From Candidatus Algichlamydia australiensis (GTDB taxonomy: Bacteria > Chlamydiota > Chlamydiia > Chlamydiales > JAJFMI01), in contig JAXCHI010000003.1 of the NCBI GenBank assembly GCA_033977065.1, positions 160,001 through 224,000 of the forward strand: a stretch of DNA of 64,000 nt. Direction: 5' to 3'. The notes under the pieces were generated by a model that did not search any database, had not been told where the DNA came from, and worked only from the letters and a program-made list of their open reading frames with translations. The position numbers and the translations under genes were made by a program. Shown piece by piece: positions 59,397 to 64,000 of this stretch. How positions within the stretch are numbered: position 1 is the first letter of the stretch; every line of letters begins with the position of its first letter.

Positions 59397-62300
59397 TCTC
59401 CCCCCATCCAGTAAACATTATCTTCAAAAATAAACGAGCCGTACGGATCAAAGCCAGGATCACACCCAAATCCCTCACGCGTGTTCCCACAAAAGTTTGC
59501 GTGATAGAAGGGATAGTTTGGCAAACGCATGTAACGGAAGAGGGGCAACTCATCTTGGAGCTGCCCTCCAGATGTACTACTTAATTCATAGACATCTGAA
59601 TGAGGAAATTCCGCGCGAATCGGAAGTTTATAGTAAATGCGGAATGAGGCAGTTGAAAAGTCTCCTCCAGGAAAATAGATAGAAAACTCTTCTTGAGAAT
59701 TATTGACTGTCTGCACCGGTGGAGAAAAAATTTCTCCATTGATTGGATTCGTTATGGTATTGAGCGAACGCTCTACTGTGTAGATACGCAACTGCCCTGT
59801 TGCCGTTAGCACTCCATCTTGAGTAATCCCAAATAGTCCAAATTCTGGGGGCTTGCGATTCAAGTTATCGACAACAAGAATCAAATTACCCGCAAGGTTA
59901 GACATTTCTGCAACCCCAGCTTGGTCTACAAGCACAATATTTCTTCCAGCACGAAGATTCATACTAGACGTCCCAAAAGTTCCTGTTCCTCCTTGGCCTC
60001 CATGACCGATACGAGCGTACGCAGAAGCAGTAGTTGTCCCCCCTCTAACTGAAATAGAGCGCCTCGTATCAAGAAAGATATTGCCACTTAAATCTACAGC
60101 TATTCCAGAAGAATCTACATGACCAATCTGTCCAAAACCAAATGCACCCCCACTATCTGTTGTCGCTCCAAGAACGCGTACACTTTCTCTTACAACAGGG
60201 AAGCTAATGCGCCCTGAAAAAGTAGCAGCACCACCTAAAGGATCGCCATGACCAATGAGCGCATAGCTGTTTGTGTCTACCCCATCCACAATAAGAAGTC
60301 CACCAATGTAGGGGAAGAGAATATTTGCAGAAGAGTCTGTCAAAGCACCAATTTGAGCAAAAGAGCCTGCACCACTTCCTCCAAAAAGAGAGAGATTGCG
60401 ATCAACTCGAATACGCGCATCACCGCTTCCTAAGAAAATCCCAGAAGGCGTTGCAGCAGCTACCCCCCCTGTAACGATCAAGTCTCTCTCACTATCAACA
60501 GATATGAGGCCGCTCCCGCCAACGACTGAGCCTCCTTCATCAAGAAGAATATCGCTATGTGTTTCCAAGGAAATCGGAGCAGCTCCGGTTGAAAAAATAC
60601 TCCCCCCATCTGTGATGTGGATTCCTGTGGTGCTCGTACCTGAAGCATTTCCTGTTAATGAGATTGCCCCTGTTGCAGAAGTGATCAAGGCTCCTGCACC
60701 CTCTATGCGAATCCCTTCATCACTTGCAGTTCCTGATCCAGCAGTACCTTCACAAGTGATTGTTGCCGATCCTGTTGAAGAGATCGTGCTAGGAGCTAAA
60801 AGATAAATCCCGTGTGAAGCTCCTCCCGTGCCAAGACCTCCTTCACCTGTGATAGAAATGTTCCCGTTTGCAGAAGTTATAGTCCCATCATTTACAAACA
60901 GACCAAAAAGATCACTTGTACCTGATCCTCCTACTCCCTCTATTGTGATCCTGCCAGACCCCGTTCCCGTAATGAGGGAGGTCCCCTCTATTTCAACGCC
61001 ATAATTTCTAGCTCCCGTGCCATTACCGCCAATCCCATCTAATAAGAGAAGACCGTCTGAAGCTGTGAGAGAAGAGCCAAGCGCGATCTGAATCCCACAA
61101 TTATCTGCTACTGCTGGCCCCCCTCTCCCACGAAAAGTCAAGGTGCCGCTACCCGACTGTGTCACAGTTGCAGTATCAAGAAGAATTCCTGTTTCATTAC
61201 TCGAAGCAGTAGCGCTATTTGTTCCAATGAGAATTAAATTACCCGATCCACTCGCAATTGTCGAAGTAGCAACGTTTATTCCAGGAAGTCCTGCGCCGGT
61301 ACTTGTCATACTCCCTCGAACAGTGACATTTCCAGTCCCAGCTGTAAAAACGGAACCTGCTACTAAGTTCACGCCACTTGAACTTCTACCCGTACCCGTC
61401 ATTGACCCACTCGACAAGAACGTGATCATAGAACCAGAAGAGTTCACTCCTATTCCAGTCGCTCCTGTTTTGGTTCCCGCAATCACGGAATTGCCTGCTC
61501 CAGTAATCGTTGCGGAAGTAAACGTGATCGCATCTTGAGTTGTAGGGCCGATCGCGCTCATCTTAAGAGAGCCCATAGCATCAACCTCAGATGAATCGAT
61601 TAAAATTGCTCCGCTAGCCGAGGTAAACAAAATATCCCCGGTACTGCCTACAGTAGATTCCACAAGCGAAGAGTCAACAAGAGAAATTCCGATATTTGTT
61701 CCGGTTCCTGGTTCTCCTGTAATCGAAATACGTCCATTCGCACTTCTCACCACAGCCCCATCAGATGTCCCATTCCCATCCATGAAAACCCCGCGATTCG
61801 TACTAGAACCGCCACCACCTGTTCCTGTAATTGTAATCGACCCCGTACCGGTAGATTCAACCGTTGTGATGCTCGCATCTCCCAAAATATTGACACCATA
61901 GTTGAAGGTTGATGAACCCGCTCCACCAGTTCCTACTAAAGTGATACCACCTGATGAGGTGCAAGAAATATTTGCTCCATTCTTGACATTGATCCCATAG
62001 TTATCTGTTGTCCCAGCTCCACCTGTCCCCATAAAAGTAAAAAGACTACTTCCTGAATTCGTGGCGACTCCATCAAATTCAATTCCATACAGATCGGAAA
62101 AAGCCAGAGCAGCGTTATTCGTTCCATTTATATGGACCGCTCCCGTTCCGAGAAGAGACGAGGTGGAATCAAAACTCACGCCACTCACAGAGCCAATAGT
62201 GCTAGAATCTACTACCCCTGTAAGAGTAGAGAGACCACCTGTTCCTGTAAAAGAGGAGCCTGAAGCAAAAGCAATTCCATCATCGTCAATACTCGTACCA

Positions 62301-64000
62301 GCCAATGTGCCCCCCGAATCAAACGTAATACTACTTGAAGAGGATAGACTTACCCCTTTACCGGTACCGCCTGTTTTGACTCCCATAATCATAGAGCTAC
62401 CCATTCCGGTAAGTGTTGCCGAAGTACAGGCAAGAGCATCTTGAGTACCAGATGGACTTGTAGCACTCATATTGAGCGCACCCATCGCATTAACCTCTGA
62501 AAAACTTACAATAATCCCCCCGGTTGCTGACGTTAGCGTGATAGCACCGCTGCTGCTTTTTGTATCGACAAGTGATGAATCAACAAGAGAAATTCCAATA
62601 TTTGTTGCAGCTCCAGGTTCCCCTGTAATCGCAATCGCGCCATTGGCACTTGTCACAAAAGCTCCATCAGGAGCCCCATTACCATCAAAATAAACCCCTC
62701 GATTTGTACCAGTACCCCCTCCACCAGTTCCCTTGATTGTGACCATCCCACTTCCAAGAGACTCTATTTTTGTTATGCCTGGATCCCCAAGCAGACTAAC
62801 GCCATAATTGTTTGTGCCTGTCGTTAATAGAGGGGCTGCCTGATTCCCATTAATAGTAATCGCACCCGATACTGAAGTGATTTCCGCTGCATCCGATACC
62901 AGAACTCCGATATTATCATCTGTTCCTGAACTAGCATCTCCATTAAAAATAAGTTCACCACTTCCTGTAGACCTTACTTTGGCAGCTGAAACAGCAATCC
63001 CCACATTATCGCTTCCCGATCCATCACCTTGGCCTGTGATCGTCATCGTTCCACTCCCTGTTGACGTAACAGTAGTTGATGCACTTCGAATATCCACACC
63101 TATATTTCCAAATCCAGTACTTGAGGCGAGAGTCCCCATAAAATCAAGAGAACCACCAGAAGAGACCGTTGAATCTAAAATTAAAATCCCCTTAGAGATT
63201 CCCCCATTTCCAACACCTGTAAAGTCTAAATCACCAGTTGCCGTTTCAATGCTAGAACCAAATGAAAAAATTCCATGATTCGGTGAAGAGCTGACCCCAA
63301 TATTTGCATTACCAGTAAGATTTATATTCCCGCTATCACTCTCAACATTTGAACCGATCAGCAGTTCAATTCCATGACACTCAAATGTTCCTGCTCCCCC
63401 ATTTCCAATAAGGGTAATACTACCACTTTCACTCCTGACCACCGCAGGAGAAAAAATTCCACTTTGAGCGAGCGAAATCCCGCTGTTTTCATCTGTTCCA
63501 TTGCCGCCTGTCCCTGTCAACAAAATAGCGCCAGATTCTGTTGTAATGTTCGTTCCAGATCCAACCATTCCTTTGCTTCCAGTTCCTGTCCCATTTCCTG
63601 TACCCGTAATCGTAATATTTCCACTTGTAGTAGAAATAGTTGTATCAATTGCAAAACTCACACCAGACCTAAAACTAGTTCCAGATGAAACAGAACCTGT
63701 AACGGTCACATTTCCTGCCGTTGTGGAAATATTGCCAGGAAATACCCCAATCCCATCTACAGCATTGCCATCAAGAATAATATCTCCCCCCATTGAAGAG
63801 AGAGTGCTCGAATCCACAACAACCCCATCGTAAGATCCTGCCACAGACCCATCATTATGAAAATTCATTGCTGTAAAGCCCGTTTGAGTCGAACTATTTG
63901 TAATATTTACTAGAGTAATATCAATGGTTCCTGTTGATTCAAGCTCAAGCGTTGTAGCAGCAGACCAAGAAATCGAATCTGCTACAGTAATTGTCCCTGT
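59393..64000 (-). CDS. Second filamentous haemagglutinin-like TpsA paralog (5' end outside the window)
   Basis: The frame is open from 64000 (TGTITVADSISWSAATTLEL, matching GTLTVSVPIDWSFASTLTL of the paralog). Same beta-helix repeats and conserved C-terminus; ATGA overlap with the next gene. Confidence 0.9.
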   Translation of the reverse strand, partial: TGTITVADSISWSAATTLELESTGTIDITLVNITNSSTQTGFTAMNFHNDGSVAGSYDGVVVDSSTLSSMGGDIILDGNAVDGIGVFPGNISTTAGNVTVTGSVSSGTSFRSGVSFAIDTTISTTSGNITITGTGNGTGTGSKGMVGSGTNITTESGAILLTGTGGNGTDENSGISLAQSGIFSPAVVRSESGSITLIGNGGAGTFECHGIELLIGSNVESDSGNINLTGNANIGVSSSPNHGIFSFGSSIETATGDLDFTGVGNGGISKGILILDSTVSSGGSLDFMGTLASSTGFGNIGVDIRSASTTVTSTGSGTMTITGQGDGSGSDNVGIAVSAAKVRSTGSGELIFNGDASSGTDDNIGVLVSDAAEITSVSGAITINGNQAAPLLTTGTNNYGVSLLGDPGITKIESLGSGMVTIKGTGGGGTGTNRGVYFDGNGAPDGAFVTSANGAIAITGEPGAATNIGISLVDSSLVDTKSSSGAITLTSATGGIIVSFSEVNAMGALNMSATSPSGTQDALACTSATLTGMGSSMIMGVKTGGTGKGVSLSSSSSITFDSGGTLAGTSIDDDGIAFASGSSFTGTGGLSTLTGVVDSSTIGSVSGVSFDSTSSLLGTGAVHINGTNNAALAFSDLYGIEFDGVATNSGSSLFTFMGTGGAGTTDNYGINVKNGANISCTSSGGITLVGTGGAGSSTFNYGVNILGDASITTVESTGTGSITITGTGGGGSSTNRGVFMDGNGTSDGAVVRSANGRISITGEPGTGTNIGISLVDSSLVESTVGSTGDILFTSASGAILIDSSEVDAMGSLKMSAIGPTTQDAITFTSATITGAGNSVIAGTKTGATGIGVNSSGSMITFLSSGSMTGTGRSSSGVNLVAGSVFTAGTGNVTVRGSMTSTGAGLPGINVATSTIASGSGNLILIGTNSATASSNETGILLDTATVTQSGSGTLTFRGRGGPAVADNCGIQIALGSSLTASDGLLLLDGIGGNGTGARNYGVEIEGTSLITGTGSGRITIEGVGGSGTSDLFGLFVNDGTITSANGNISITGEGGLGTGGASHGIYLLAPSTISSTGSATITCEGTAGSGTASDEGIRIEGAGALITSATGAISLTGNASGTSTTGIHITDGGSIFSTGAAPISLETHSDILLDEGGSVVGGSGLISVDSERDLIVTGGVAAATPSGIFLGSGDARIRVDRNLSLFGGSGAGSFAQIGALTDSSANILFPYIGGLLIVDGVDTNSYALIGHGDPLGGAATFSGRISFPVVRESVRVLGATTDSGGAFGFGQIGHVDSSGIAVDLSGNIFLDTRRSISVRGGTTTASAYARIGHGGQGGTGTFGTSSMNLRAGRNIVLVDQAGVAEMSNLAGNLILVVDNLNRKPPEFGLFGITQDGVLTATGQLRIYTVERSLNTITNPINGEIFSPPVQTVNNSQEEFSIYFPGGDFSTASFRIYYKLPIRAEFPHSDVYELSSTSGGQLQDELPLFRYMRLPNYPFYHANFCGNTREGFGCDPGFDPYGSFIFEDNVYWMGGE

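Noticed and set aside
54300..63850. Numerous 60-190-aa plus-strand ORFs opposite the TpsA genes, and short ORFs inside the giants, pbp2 and secA
   Set aside because: These are shadow ORFs caused by codon bias of the real genes (Pro/Val-rich mirror of Gly/Thr repeats), with no independent motifs.
59393..63868. ATG at 63868 as the true start of the second TpsA
   Set aside because: The frame remains open and homologous to the paralog up to the window edge, and the signal peptide and TPS domain are missing, so the start lies outside the window.

Overview
Chromosomal segment of an environmental chlamydia (phylum Chlamydiota). This is inferred from the gene order tsf-rpsB-tRNA-Gly...pbp2, a pGP5-D/pGP6-D pair, gpsA next to a eukaryote-type UDP-GlcNAc pyrophosphorylase, and mnmE-nth-psd-secA. 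The core backbone is interrupted by several accessory elements. (i) Two tandem ~3,750-aa paralogous giant proteins with a DUF3638-type SF2 helicase-like module, lying between tRNA-Gly and pbp2. (ii) Solitary accessory genes: a frameshifted ATPase-wHTH-PD-(D/E)XK gene preceded by a 34-bp/55-bp-period palindromic repeat array, a class II Fic gene preceded by an operator-like palindrome array, RhuM, a single-NBD Clp-like ATPase and several orphans. (iii) A beta-propeller/outer-membrane-barrel gene pair. (iv) Two tandem filamentous-haemagglutinin-like TpsA genes. The clearest non-coding signal is seven copies of three families of 164-167-bp whole-length hairpin elements (MITE-like). They have 2-bp target duplications, one copy is nested inside another, they show compensatory base changes, and four of the six insertion loci rewrite a host stop codon. 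No transposase, cas gene or rRNA was seen. All calls are by eye; no database searches were run.
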